64,000 bases of DNA from an uncultured Pseudomonadota bacterium (GCA_963749075.1 CAVVLJ010000020.1:32001-96000), one strand, 5' to 3'. Counted from the stretch's first letter, positions 1 through 9,773 are shown. Notes: generated by a model not told the origin, from the letters alone. Made by a program: numbers and translations.

Positions 1-311
1 TCTTCTCGGTGCCGAGCAAGGTGCTGAGCTACTTCTGCGCCGGACGCGCCATCCTCGCCGCCATTCCGCGGGCCAATCTCGCGGCCCGGCTCATCGAGCG
101 CAACGAGGCCGGCCTGGTGGTCGAGCCGGGCGACGAGGCGGGCTTCCTGGCCGCGGCGGAGCGGCTCATGGGCGACGCGGCGCTGCGCGCGCGCATGGGC
201 AAGAACGCCCTGGACTATGCCCGGCAGACCTTCGATATTGAGGCCATTGTCGCGGCCTTCGAGACCGTGTTCCGGAAGGCGCTCAAGCTGGCTGAGGCCG
301 GGCATGACTGA
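1..311 (+). CDS. Glycosyltransferase family 4 (WcaI-like), C-terminal part; 5' end outside window
   Basis: PSKVLSYFCAGRAIL...GLVVEPGD...RARMGKNALDYA is a typical GT4 C-terminal segment; stop overlaps next gene. Confidence 0.8.
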   Translation, partial: FSVPSKVLSYFCAGRAILAAIPRANLAARLIERNEAGLVVEPGDEAGFLAAAERLMGDAALRARMGKNALDYARQTFDIEAIVAAFETVFRKALKLAEAGHD

Positions 312-1317
312 GGATCGGCTCACCGTCGTGACGGGTGCCGGCGGCTTCATCGGCGGGTATCTCATGGCCGAGCTCGTGCGCCAAGGCCGGCACCGCCTGC
401 GCGCGATCGACGTGAAGCCGGTCGCCGAGTGGTTCCAGCGCTTCCCCGAGGCCGACAACCGCGAGCTCGACCTCCAGGACAGGGCGGCCTGCCGCGAGGC
501 GGCGGAGGGCGCCGAGTGCATCTACAACCTCGCGGCCGACATGGGCGGCATGGGCTTCATCGAGAGCCACAAGGCGCTCTGCATGCTCTCGGTCCTCATC
601 AATACCCATATGCTGATGGCGGCCAGGGAGGCCGGCTGCCGCCGCTTCTTCTTCGCCTCCTCGGCCTGCGTCTATGCCGCGGAGAAGCAGACCTCGGCCG
701 AGGTCACGGCGCTTAAGGAAAGCGACGCCTATCCCGCCATGCCCGAGGACGGCTACGGCTGGGAGAAGCTCTTCAGCGAGCGCATGTGCCGCCACTTCAG
801 CGAGGATTTCGGCTTGGACACGCGCATCGCGCGCTTCCACAACGTCTATGGCCCGCTCGGCACCTACGACGGCGGGCGCGAGAAGGCGCCGGCCGCGGTG
901 TGCCGCAAGGTGAGCGAGGCCAAGCTGTCCGGCCGGCACGAGATCGAGATCTGGGGCGACGGCGAGCAGACGCGCAGCTTCACCTACATCGACGATTGCA
1001 TCGCCGGCATGGGGCTCATCATGGACAACCCCGTGCCCGAGCCGATCAATCTCGGCTCGAGCGAGCTCGTGACCATCAACCGCCTCGTCGACATCGTCGA
1101 GCGCATCGCGGGCGTCAAGCTCGAGCGCCGCTACAAGCTCGAGGCGCCCTTGGGCGTGCGCGGGCGCAACAGCGACAACGCCCTGATCAAGAAGTACCTC
1201 GGCTGGGAGCCGCGCACGCGGCTCGAGGACGGCCTCGAGCGCACCTTCCGCTGGATCCACGATCAGCTTGCGAGCGGGGAGAGCAGCGCCGGCGGCGCCC
1301 GCTTCTGCCGCGCATGA
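304..1317 (+). CDS. NAD-dependent epimerase, GDP-mannose 3,5-epimerase-like
   Basis: TGAGGFIG Rossmann motif, ASSACVY, YGWEK (YxxxK), GREKAPAAVCRK and GVRGRNSDN motifs of the GME family; ATG at 304. Confidence 0.85.
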   Translation: MTEDRLTVVTGAGGFIGGYLMAELVRQGRHRLRAIDVKPVAEWFQRFPEADNRELDLQDRAACREAAEGAECIYNLAADMGGMGFIESHKALCMLSVLINTHMLMAAREAGCRRFFFASSACVYAAEKQTSAEVTALKESDAYPAMPEDGYGWEKLFSERMCRHFSEDFGLDTRIARFHNVYGPLGTYDGGREKAPAAVCRKVSEAKLSGRHEIEIWGDGEQTRSFTYIDDCIAGMGLIMDNPVPEPINLGSSELVTINRLVDIVERIAGVKLERRYKLEAPLGVRGRNSDNALIKKYLGWEPRTRLEDGLERTFRWIHDQLASGESSAGGARFCRA

Positions 1318-2777
1318 CGGAGCGCCCGGCGCTCGGCAAGCGTGTCGAGGCGCTCGCTCGCACCGAGGTGCTCTGCCTCGGCGATGCCATCCTCGACCGC
1401 TACGTCTACGGCACGGTCGACCGCGTCTCGCCCGAGGCGCCCATTCCCATCCTCCGCATCGCGCACGAGCGCACCATGCCGGGCGGTGCCGGCAACGTGG
1501 TGCGCAATCTCGCCGCCCTCGGCGCGCGCGGGCATTTCCTCTCGATCATCGGCGCCGATGCGGCCGGTCGCGAGCTCGCCGCCCTCCTCGCCGCGGTGGA
1601 CGGCGTCGAGCTGCGGCTCGTGGTCGAGGAGGGCCGCGAGACCAGCGTCAAGACCCGCTTCGTCGCCGGCACGCAGCAGCTCCTGCGCACCGACCGCGAG
1701 AGCATCGCCCCGATCTCGGCCGCAAGCGAGACCGCACTCCTGGCCGCCCTCGCGGAAGCCGGCCCGGAGGCGCCGGTCCTGGTGCTCTCGGACTACGGCA
1801 AGGGCGTGCTCAGCGACCGCGTGCTGGAGGACGCCATCCGCACCTCGCGCGAGATAGGGCGGCGCGTCATCGTCGATCCCAAGCGCCCCGACTACGCCGC
1901 CTATCGCGGCGCCGACCTGGTGACGCCGAACCGCGCCGAGCTCGCGGCCGCCACCCGCATGGCGGTCGCGAGCGACGACGAGATCGTCGCCGCGGCCAAG
2001 GCGCTCATCGATGCTTGCGGCTTCGCGGCCGTGCTGGCGACGCGCGGGTCCGCCGGCATGACGCTCGTCACGCGCGAGGGCAAGGCCGATCACTTGGCCG
2101 CCGCGGCGCGCGAGGTGTTCGACGTCTCGGGCGCCGGCGACACGGTGGTGGCGACGATGGCGGCAGCGCTCGCCGCCGGGCTGCCGCTCGTCGAAGCCGC
2201 CGCCCTCGCCAATGCCGCGGCGGGCATCGTCGTGGGCAAGGCCGGCACGGCGGTGGCCCACGCCCAGGAGCTGAGAGCAGCCCTCGAGAGCCGCTCGCCC
2301 GCGGGCACCGAGACGAAGATCGCAGCCCTCCCGGAGGCGCTCGAGCGCATCGAGGCCTGGCGCCGCCAGGGCCTCCGGATCGGCTTCACCAACGGCTGCT
2401 TCGACCTCCTCCATCCCGGCCACGTGGCGCTGCTCTCGCAAGCGCGCGCGGCCTCCGGCCGCCTCGTCGTCGGGCTCAACGGCGACGCCTCGGTGGCGCG
2501 CCTCAAGGGTGCCGGCCGGCCGGTGCAGGACGAACGCGCGCGCGCCCTCGTGCTCGCCTCGCTCGCCAGCGTCGATCTCGTGGTCGCCTTCGCCGAGGAC
2601 ACGCCCTTGCGCCTGATTGAGGCCGTGCGGCCCGACGTGCTGGTCAAGGGTGCCGACTACACGCTCTCGACCGTGGTCGGCGCCGAGCTCGTGCAAGGCT
2701 ACGGCGGCAAGGTGCTCCTGGCCGAGCTCACGCCCGGCCACAGCACCACTGCGACGATTCTGCGCGCGGGGCGCTAA
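1314..2777 (+). CDS. hldE: Bifunctional heptose-7-phosphate kinase / heptose-1-phosphate adenylyltransferase
   Basis: RVSPEAPIP, GGAGNV, LSDYGKG, DVSGAGDT (PfkB kinase) followed by FTNGCFDLLHPGH (cytidylyltransferase-like); ATGA overlap with the upstream gene. Confidence 0.95.
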   Translation: MTERPALGKRVEALARTEVLCLGDAILDRYVYGTVDRVSPEAPIPILRIAHERTMPGGAGNVVRNLAALGARGHFLSIIGADAAGRELAALLAAVDGVELRLVVEEGRETSVKTRFVAGTQQLLRTDRESIAPISAASETALLAALAEAGPEAPVLVLSDYGKGVLSDRVLEDAIRTSREIGRRVIVDPKRPDYAAYRGADLVTPNRAELAAATRMAVASDDEIVAAAKALIDACGFAAVLATRGSAGMTLVTREGKADHLAAAAREVFDVSGAGDTVVATMAAALAAGLPLVEAAALANAAAGIVVGKAGTAVAHAQELRAALESRSPAGTETKIAALPEALERIEAWRRQGLRIGFTNGCFDLLHPGHVALLSQARAASGRLVVGLNGDASVARLKGAGRPVQDERARALVLASLASVDLVVAFAEDTPLRLIEAVRPDVLVKGADYTLSTVVGAELVQGYGGKVLLAELTPGHSTTATILRAGR

Positions 2778-3217
2778 AGCTCTGCTTCTGGGTCGAGGAC
2801 GCGCTGGAGGCGCAGGCTCGCGGCCATGGCGAAGCGGAGTAAGAGGGCGCGGCGGCGCGCACCGCTCATGGCCGGCAAGGCAGGCGAGGGCCTGAGCACG
2901 ACACCCTGATAGGCGTCCGCGACGATGAGGCCGGAGGCCGCCGGAATGAGCGGGCGGGGAAAGCCCTCCGGCACGGCGAAATAGAAGCTGTCGCAAAAGG
3001 GCAGGTATTCCGGCCATTTGCGGTCGGCGCGGAAGTCGGCCTCCGAGGTCTTGATCTCGACGATCGCCACCTCGCCCGAGCCGTTCACGCCGATCACGTC
3101 GGCGCGCCGGCCGGTCAGCAGCGTGAACTCGGTGAGGGCGCCATAGCCGAGCCCGGCCAGCGTGCGGCAGACGCCGCGCGCCAGCCTGACCCCCTCCGGC
3201 ACCTCCAAGATCGTCAT
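2774..3217 (-). CDS. mmcB: MmcB family DNA repair protein (PD-(D/E)xK nuclease-like)
   Basis: EFTLLTGRRADV...IVEIKTSEADFRADRKWPEYLPFCDSFYFAV signature. Confidence 0.9.
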   Translation of the reverse strand: MTILEVPEGVRLARGVCRTLAGLGYGALTEFTLLTGRRADVIGVNGSGEVAIVEIKTSEADFRADRKWPEYLPFCDSFYFAVPEGFPRPLIPAASGLIVADAYQGVVLRPSPALPAMSGARRRALLLRFAMAASLRLQRVLDPEAEL

Positions 3218-3252
3218 CGCTCGCCGTCCCCGGGGAAGGTTTTCACGGGCGT

Positions 3253-3267
3253 GATCATAACGGGAAC
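3253..3267 (-). promoter_or_regulatory. Putative alphaproteobacterial LexA (SOS) box upstream of mmcB
   Basis: GATC-ataacgg-GAAC, one mismatch to GAAC-N7-GAAC, 36-50 nt upstream of the mmcB start. Confidence 0.5.
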
Positions 3268-3409
3268 GGCAGGATCGGAAAAGGCGCTCCGCGGGCGTCG
3301 AGCGAAACCGAGGCGGCGTCCATTTTCGCGCGAACGCCCTACTTCCGCCAAAGTTCCGTGGCATTTCTTTGACCATAGGCGTCACACCCGGGCCCTCGTC
3401 CGGTGCCTT

Positions 3410-3441
3410 GAGCCCCGCCCCGGCGGGGCTCTTCTCGTTTT
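3410..3441 (+). terminator. Intrinsic terminator-like hairpin with no CDS directly upstream on this strand
   Basis: GAGCCCCGC-cccg-GCGGGGCTC followed by TTCTCGTTTT. Confidence 0.55.
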
Positions 3442-3685
3442 GGCGGGCGGTATCGAGGCGCAGGGCCGCACTCTTTCGCCCGTACCATTTGGTCAGCCGG
3501 CCGGGTGCCAAGGTGCTGGGACGGCAGGGAGGTAGCGGCGAGCTCGCGGTTGTGTGGGACCATAAAATCGGCTCGCGAGCGCCGCAGGGCGAGTGGAGTT
3601 CGCCCGTAAAATCAGCAAGCTAAGGAGATTGTCGCCGCCATCGTGCGATGCGCGGGCCGCTCCTTGAAAGTCCTGAGAGGTAGCC

Positions 3686-4231
3686 ATGACGTTTCGCAAG
3701 CTCGCCCTCGTCTCGGTCGCGGCACTGTCGCTCGGCGCTGCCGCCGCCTTCGCCCAATCGGCGCCGCCGCCCGCGGGCCCGCATCCCATGATGCACCGTT
3801 TCTCCCACGCCGACATGTGCTTGGATCGTTTCGCCCACACCGCCGGCCGCCTCGCCTATCTCGAGGCTCGCCTCGGCCTGACCGCCGAGGAGCGCCCGCT
3901 CTTTGCCACGTGGCGCTCGGCGGTGGAAGCAGGTGCGGAGAAGGGGCGCGCGTTCTGCCTCGCCCACGCGCCCAAGCCGGAGACCCGCCCGACCATCGTC
4001 GACCGTGCGGCTCTCATCGAGCAAATGCTGACCGCCAAGGCCGAGACCCTGCGCGGCCAGCAGCCGGCCCTTGCCGCGCTCTACAACGCGCTCACGCCGG
4101 AGCAGCGCAGGATCCTCGATCGCCCGCACCGCGGTTGGAGACATGGCCACGGAGAGCACGGCGGCGGCGGGAAGCAGTGGCACGGCGGCCCGCATGCGGC
4201 GCCGGCCGAAGCGCCCAAGCCCGCCCAATAG
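3686..4231 (+). CDS. Spy/CpxP family (LTXXQ) periplasmic protein
   Basis: Signal peptide (AAAAFAQ), LGLTAEER and LYNALTPEQRRILD motifs, His/Gly-rich tail. Confidence 0.85.
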   Translation: MTFRKLALVSVAALSLGAAAAFAQSAPPPAGPHPMMHRFSHADMCLDRFAHTAGRLAYLEARLGLTAEERPLFATWRSAVEAGAEKGRAFCLAHAPKPETRPTIVDRAALIEQMLTAKAETLRGQQPALAALYNALTPEQRRILDRPHRGWRHGHGEHGGGGKQWHGGPHAAPAEAPKPAQ

Positions 4232-4284
4232 CTCCGGCGCAACCGCGGCAGGGAGGGCGCTCGACGCCGTCCCTGCCGGCGCCA

Positions 4285-4761
4285 CTACCAGAGCTGCGGC
4301 TTGGCGGTCATGAGCCAGACGACCGCCACCACCGCCGCCAGGGCCGGCCAGCCCAGCGTAAACCATAGCCTCATGCAGTGGTGATAGGCCGGCGGCAGGG
4401 GCCGCCCGGACATAAGAGCCGCTTGCGCCAAGTGGTGGGCCTTGATCTGCAGCGAGACGACGGGCAGCCAGCAGGCGGCGGCGAGCACGTAGAGCGCGTA
4501 GGCGGCGACGAGCCACGGCTGCAAGGCGTCGATGCCGGAGAGCCAGACGAGCGCGGCGCCGGTCAGCGGCTGGACGATGACCGCCGGGGTGGTGAAGAAA
4601 AAATCCGCCAGCACCACGTTGCGCGACACCGCGGCAATGGCGCGCACATCTCCCGTGCGATGGGCGAACCACATATGGAAGGCCGTGCCCAGGCCGGTGC
4701 CGAGCAGCACGGTGGCGCCGAGGATATGGATGGTCTTGAGAAGGAGATAGGCGCTGCTCAT
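4285..4761 (-). CDS. DUF2269 family integral membrane protein
   Basis: LKTIHILGATVLLGTGLGTAF...ADFFFTTPAVIVQPLTG...WFTLGWPA...LMTAKP. Confidence 0.85.
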   Translation of the reverse strand: MSSAYLLLKTIHILGATVLLGTGLGTAFHMWFAHRTGDVRAIAAVSRNVVLADFFFTTPAVIVQPLTGAALVWLSGIDALQPWLVAAYALYVLAAACWLPVVSLQIKAHHLAQAALMSGRPLPPAYHHCMRLWFTLGWPALAAVVAVVWLMTAKPQLW

Positions 4762-4829
4762 CGCTCGGCCTCGATCGCGGCAAGGGCCGGCGCCGCGCTG
4801 CCGGCGGCACCCCTGAGAAGCACTTTCAT
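4758..4829 (-). pseudogene. 23-codon relic, possibly an internally deleted SDR/DoxX-like gene
   Basis: MKVLLRGAAG (Rossmann-like start) joined to SAAPALAAIEAER*, whose stop overlaps the DUF2269 ATG. Confidence 0.4.
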
Positions 4830-5009
4830 ACGGCGCCGCGCGGGCGGCACATTAGCATGGTGAGGCTGCCTGGCCGCGCAGCTTTCCTGGTGCGCCGGGC
4901 GGATTTTGAGCGATAATGGGCAGCCCTTCCGCCAAGTGCCCTGTTGCCTGCCCATGAAATTTGCGATGACTGGCTCAGAGATCGCCCGACCGCCGCAGAG
5001 TGCCGCGGC

Positions 5010-5762
5010 ATGATCGAGGTCTCCGATCTCTACAAGTCGTTCGGCGGCCTGCATGCCGTGCGCGGCGTGAGCTTCCTCGCCCGCGACGGCGAGATCACCG
5101 GCATCATCGGACCGAACGGCGCCGGCAAGACGACCATCCTGCGCATGATCTACACCGTGCTGACGCCCGACTCGGGCCGCACGCTCGTCGACGGCTACGA
5201 CGCGCGCCACGAGCGCCGCGCCGTGCAGCGGCGCCTGGGCGTGCTCCCCGACGTGCGCGGCCTCTACCCGCGGCTCACGGCGCGCGAGCACGTGCGCTAT
5301 TTCGGCGAGCTGCACGGCCTCTCCGATGCCGAGATCGAGCGGCGCACGGACGAGCTCGTGGCCACGCTCGCCATGGAGGACTTCATCGACCGGCGCGCCA
5401 AGGGCTTCTCGCGCGGCCAGCAGATGAAGGTGGCGCTGGCGCGCGCCCTCGTGCACCAGCCTCACAACGTCATGCTCGACGAGCCGACCAACGGCCTCGA
5501 CGTGGCGACCAGCCGCGCCGTGCGCGAGCTTCTGCGCCGCTTCCGCGCCGAGGGCCGCTGCGTCCTCCTCTCGAGCCACATCATGCAGGAGGTGGCGGCA
5601 TTGGCCAACCGCATCGTCATCCTCGCGGGCGGCCGGGTGGCGCTCCAGGGCACGCCGGCGGAGCTGCGCCGGGCGACCGGGGTCGAGGATCTCGAGGAGG
5701 TGTTCATGGCCGCAACGCGCGCGGCATTCGAGCCCGAGCTGCCGCTCGCGGCGGCGGGCTGA
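5010..5762 (+). CDS. ABC transporter ATP-binding protein, NatA-like
   Basis: [37 protein letters not shown]. Confidence 0.9.
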   Translation: MIEVSDLYKSFGGLHAVRGVSFLARDGEITGIIGPNGAGKTTILRMIYTVLTPDSGRTLVDGYDARHERRAVQRRLGVLPDVRGLYPRLTAREHVRYFGELHGLSDAEIERRTDELVATLAMEDFIDRRAKGFSRGQQMKVALARALVHQPHNVMLDEPTNGLDVATSRAVRELLRRFRAEGRCVLLSSHIMQEVAALANRIVILAGGRVALQGTPAELRRATGVEDLEEVFMAATRAAFEPELPLAAAG

Positions 5763-5765
5763 GCC

Positions 5766-6932
5766 ATGTCGACCATCGCCATCGTGTTCCGCAAGGAGAT
5801 GACCGACAACCTGCGCGACCGGCGCAGCATTCTCGTCGCCATGATCTATCCGCTCATGGGCCCGCTGCTGCTCGGCCTGCTCTTCACCTTCGTGGGCGGC
5901 ATGCTCAAGGTGCAGCCGTCGAGCGGCATGTCGGTCTGGGTCGCCAACCGGGAGAATGCGCCGGCCTTCGTGCAGTTCCTCGCGGCGCACGGGGTCGCGA
6001 TCCGCCCGGCGCCGAGCGATCCCGAGGGTGCCGTGCGGCGCTCCGAGCTGCCGCTCGTGCTGATGCTGCCCGAGAAGGCGCCGGCCGCGGCCGGGGCACC
6101 GCTCGAGGTCAAGCTGATCTCGGACCCCTCGCGTCTCGACAGCATCGTGGCCGTTGGCCAGGTGCTCGACCTCCTCCACGACTATGAGCGCGTCACCACC
6201 GCGGAGAAGCTGCGCGCCGCGGGCTTGAGCCCCGACGTGGCGACCTCGCTCCGCGTCGTGCAGGAGACCGTGGGGCGCGCCTCCAACTTCTCCTCCATGC
6301 TGTTCAACATGATCCCGCCTTTCCTCATGTTCACCCTCTTCATCGGCGGCGTCTATCTGACGCTCGACGCCACCAGCGGCGAGCGCGAGCGCGGCTCCTT
6401 CGAGCCGCTGATGATCAACCCGGTGAGCCGCTCGGAGGTGCTCATGGGCAAGCTGGGCGCTGCCGTCGTCTTCACCCTCCTGGCGCTCGCCGTGCAGGTC
6501 TTCGCCTTCTGGGTCATGCTCCACGTAGTACCGCGCGAGGCGCTCGGCCTCGAGCTTCTGCCCGGGCCCTTGCAGTTGGCCCTCCTTCTGCCGGTCTGCC
6601 TGCCGCTCGCCCTCTTCGCCGTGGCGACCCAGCTCATCATCACCGCGGTCACGCGCAGCCTCAAGGAGGCGCAGACCTATCTCGGCCTGCTCCCTCTGGT
6701 GCCCGGCATTGCCGGCATGGTGCTGGTCTTCGTGCCGGTGCAGGTGCGCTCCTTCCTCGCCGCCATCCCGACCTTCGGGCAGACGCTGCTCATGGGCCAG
6801 GTGATGCGCAGCGAGGCGGTGAGCTGGACCTTCATCGGCATTTCCGTGGCGGCGACGCTCATCGTCACCGCAGCGCTCCTGGCGCTTGCCTTCCGTCTCT
6901 ACGAGCGCGAGGAGATCCTGTTCCCGGCTTGA
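5766..6932 (+). CDS. ABC-2 type permease, NatB-like
   Basis: FRKEMTDNLRDRR N-terminus, GERERGSFEPL motif, multiple TM segments. Confidence 0.85.
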   Translation: MSTIAIVFRKEMTDNLRDRRSILVAMIYPLMGPLLLGLLFTFVGGMLKVQPSSGMSVWVANRENAPAFVQFLAAHGVAIRPAPSDPEGAVRRSELPLVLMLPEKAPAAAGAPLEVKLISDPSRLDSIVAVGQVLDLLHDYERVTTAEKLRAAGLSPDVATSLRVVQETVGRASNFSSMLFNMIPPFLMFTLFIGGVYLTLDATSGERERGSFEPLMINPVSRSEVLMGKLGAAVVFTLLALAVQVFAFWVMLHVVPREALGLELLPGPLQLALLLPVCLPLALFAVATQLIITAVTRSLKEAQTYLGLLPLVPGIAGMVLVFVPVQVRSFLAAIPTFGQTLLMGQVMRSEAVSWTFIGISVAATLIVTAALLALAFRLYEREEILFPA

Positions 6933-7285
6933 CGGCGGGCCGCGTGAGCGTGCCTTCCGTCCGGCCGCCGCCGGTGGCGCCGTCAAGCACCTCTATTGCG
7001 CTTGCCATGGGCCATGAAGATCGCTACTCTCAATCGAGCTGAATCATGATAAGTGCCTGAATCTCCTCAAGGCTCTGTACCTGAAGGGTACCGGCTGCGA
7101 TGTCGGGCAGCCGAGGGGGAGCTCGATGCCGGAGAAGATGTTCGCGCTTGCCGCGATAGGGGGGTCGCCATTCGGGGGAACGCGGGATACTGCTGCGCAA
7201 TGCTGAGACGTGCGCGGCTCTCGATCAGCAGCCCGCGGCGCTCGCGTCGACATCTCGGCACAGTTCAACGACCGATAGAAGGGCC

Positions 7286-8506
7286 ATGACAGCAGGCAGC
7301 AAGCGCGCCGGCGGCACGCGGGGGGCCGTCCTGTTGACCGGCGCCACCGGCTTCGTCGGCTCCCTCGTGGCCGCCGTCCTGCTCGAGCGCGAAGCGCGGC
7401 AGGTGGTCGCCCTCGTGCGCAAGGGCCGGCAGCCCGCCGATCTGGCGGCGCGCATCCTGCCGGAGCTGACGGCCGGCCGGAGCGCAGGCAGCGAGGCCGA
7501 GGTGTTCGCGCGGCTCTCCACCGTGGCGATGCCTTCGCCCGACCGGCTTGTCGAGCTGGCGCCGGAGCTGCGGCGCCTCGGCATCACGGAGATCGTCCAC
7601 TGCGCCGGCTGCATGGCCTATTTCAACACGCCGGAGCTCGAGGAGACCAACGTCCTCCTCACCGACCGCATGCTCGACCTCGCGCGGGCTCTCTCCGTCG
7701 AGCGCTTCGTCTATATCTCCACGGCCTACAGCTCGGGCTATGTCGAAGGACGCGTCGCCGAACGGCTCCATGACGAGCCGCGCAAGGACCCGACCGAATA
7801 TGCGCGGACGAAGCGCGCGGCGGAGCGGCACATTGCCGCGAGCGGGGTGCCGTACCTGATCGTCAGGCCCTCGGTCGTCATCGGCGACAGCCGCACGGGA
7901 CGCTACAGCGGCAAGGACACCGGCCTCTATCAGTATTGGCACGGCTGGGAACGGCTGCTCCTCGACTATTACCGCCCCGAGAGTCACATGGTCGCGCCGC
8001 GCCTGCCGGTCAATTTCGTGCACCAGGACGCCTTCCAGAATGCGTTTCAGGCCGCCTATCGACATCTCGAAGCGGGTGCCCTCTTCAATCTCACCTCGGA
8101 CTCCAGCAAGACACCCACGGTGCGCGAGCTCTGCGAGATGTGGCTGGCGTCGATCGGCAGGCCCGACCGCGTCTATTATTACGATCGCCTGACGGAGGTT
8201 CCGCTCGAGCGCATCCATCCGCGTCAGCGGGCGTTCCTCCTGCTCGCGTCGGTGAATATCGGAATATCGTCGCACCCCTGGGATTTCGAAAACGGCAACA
8301 TGATCCGGCTCAAGGAGCGCGGGCTCGACTTCGCCGACGCCACGCGCGAGACGATGCTCATTTGCCAGGCGCGCTACGTGAACGCCTCTCCCCGCCTGCG
8401 CGCGGCCGCTGCCGCCTTCGCGTCGCACAGCGTCTCCGAAGCCCCCGAGCAAGTGGCTCCCCAGCCGGCGGCCGCAGCGCCCGAGGCCGCCCGGCCTGAG
8501 GCCTGA
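7286..8506 (+). CDS. Extended SDR, fatty acyl-CoA reductase / thioester-reductase (NAD_binding_4) type
   Basis: LLTGATGFVG, IVHCAG, YISTAYS, YARTK, RPSVVIGDSRTG. Confidence 0.8.
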   Translation: MTAGSKRAGGTRGAVLLTGATGFVGSLVAAVLLEREARQVVALVRKGRQPADLAARILPELTAGRSAGSEAEVFARLSTVAMPSPDRLVELAPELRRLGITEIVHCAGCMAYFNTPELEETNVLLTDRMLDLARALSVERFVYISTAYSSGYVEGRVAERLHDEPRKDPTEYARTKRAAERHIAASGVPYLIVRPSVVIGDSRTGRYSGKDTGLYQYWHGWERLLLDYYRPESHMVAPRLPVNFVHQDAFQNAFQAAYRHLEAGALFNLTSDSSKTPTVRELCEMWLASIGRPDRVYYYDRLTEVPLERIHPRQRAFLLLASVNIGISSHPWDFENGNMIRLKERGLDFADATRETMLICQARYVNASPRLRAAAAAFASHSVSEAPEQVAPQPAAAAPEAARPEA

Positions 8507-8534
8507 GAAGAGGCGCCGCATCCGAGGCGAGCCC

Positions 8535-9773
8535 ATGGCGACGATCCTCTTCAAGAACGCCCGCATCTTCGACGGCCGCACGCCGCACCTTCTCGAGGGA
8601 CGAGAGGTGCTGGTCGAGGGCGGCCTCATCAAGGAGGTCCGGGAGGGTGCTTCGGCAGTGCCTGCGGACGAGGTGATCGACGCGGGCGGGCGCACGCTCA
8701 TGCCGGGCCTCATCGACCTCCACGTCCACATCTGGGCGGCCGAGCTCAACGTGCCGCGCATGCGCGAGCTGCCGGCCGAGTATCTCGCCCTCTTCGCCGC
8801 GGGCACCCTCGAGAGGAGCCTCGACCGCGGCTTCACGGCGCTGCGCGATGCGGGCGGCACGGACGCGGGCTATGCGCTCGCGATCGAGAAGGGCTTCGTC
8901 AAGGCGCCGCGCTTCTACCATTCGGGCCGCTTCATCTCGCAGACCGGCGGGCACGGCGATTTCCGCACCGCCTTCGAGCAGGGCTTCGCCGAATGCGCCT
9001 GCTGTCCGCCGGCCCAGGCGCGCTTCACCGCGATCGCCGACGGGGCGGACGCCGTGCGCAAGGCGGTGCGCGAGGAGTTCCGCCGCGGCGCGCGCCAGGT
9101 GAAGCTCATGTGCTCGGGCGGCGTCGCGAGCCCGACCGACCCGCTCGACAAGCCGCAGTTCACCGAGGCCGAGATTCTGGCCGCGGTCGAGGAGGCGGAG
9201 ATGCGCGGTCTCTACGTCTTCGCCCACTGCCATCCGGACGCGGCCATCCGCCGCGCCGCGGCCCTGGGCGTGCGCTGCATCGAGCACGCCTCCTTCATCA
9301 GCGAGGAGACCGCGCGCTTCCTCGCCGAGCGGGGCACTTACGTCGTGCCCACGCTCGCCGTCGCCAAGGCGCTCAACGACGACGGTGCCGCCATGGGCTT
9401 CCCCGCGGCGAGCCTCGCCAAGCTCGGCGGCATGTACGAGGCGATGCTCGAGGGCCTCGCGCGCATGAAGCGGGCGGGCGTCAAGATGGGCTTCGGCACC
9501 GATCTCCTCGCCCAGCACCAGGACCGCCAGTCGAGCGAGTTCGCCATCCGCGCCCAGGTGCTGCCCGCCTACGACATCCTCACGGCTGCCACCAGCATGG
9601 CCGCGGAGATCCTCATGGAGGAGGGCCGCCTCGGCGTGATCGCCCCCGGCGCCTACGCCGACCTCCTCGTGGTCGACGGCGATCCGCTCTCCGATATCCG
9701 CCTCCTCGCCCGCGGCGGCGAGGCGCTCTCGGTGATCATGAAGGCGGGCGCCTTCCACAAGCGGCGCATCTGA
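8535..9773 (+). CDS. Metal-dependent amidohydrolase (prolidase-like subgroup)
   Basis: MPGLIDLHVH, QTGGHGD, KLMCSGGV, AHCH, IEHA, GFGTD, ADLLVVDGDPL. Confidence 0.9.
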   Translation: MATILFKNARIFDGRTPHLLEGREVLVEGGLIKEVREGASAVPADEVIDAGGRTLMPGLIDLHVHIWAAELNVPRMRELPAEYLALFAAGTLERSLDRGFTALRDAGGTDAGYALAIEKGFVKAPRFYHSGRFISQTGGHGDFRTAFEQGFAECACCPPAQARFTAIADGADAVRKAVREEFRRGARQVKLMCSGGVASPTDPLDKPQFTEAEILAAVEEAEMRGLYVFAHCHPDAAIRRAAALGVRCIEHASFISEETARFLAERGTYVVPTLAVAKALNDDGAAMGFPAASLAKLGGMYEAMLEGLARMKRAGVKMGFGTDLLAQHQDRQSSEFAIRAQVLPAYDILTAATSMAAEILMEEGRLGVIAPGAYADLLVVDGDPLSDIRLLARGGEALSVIMKAGAFHKRRI

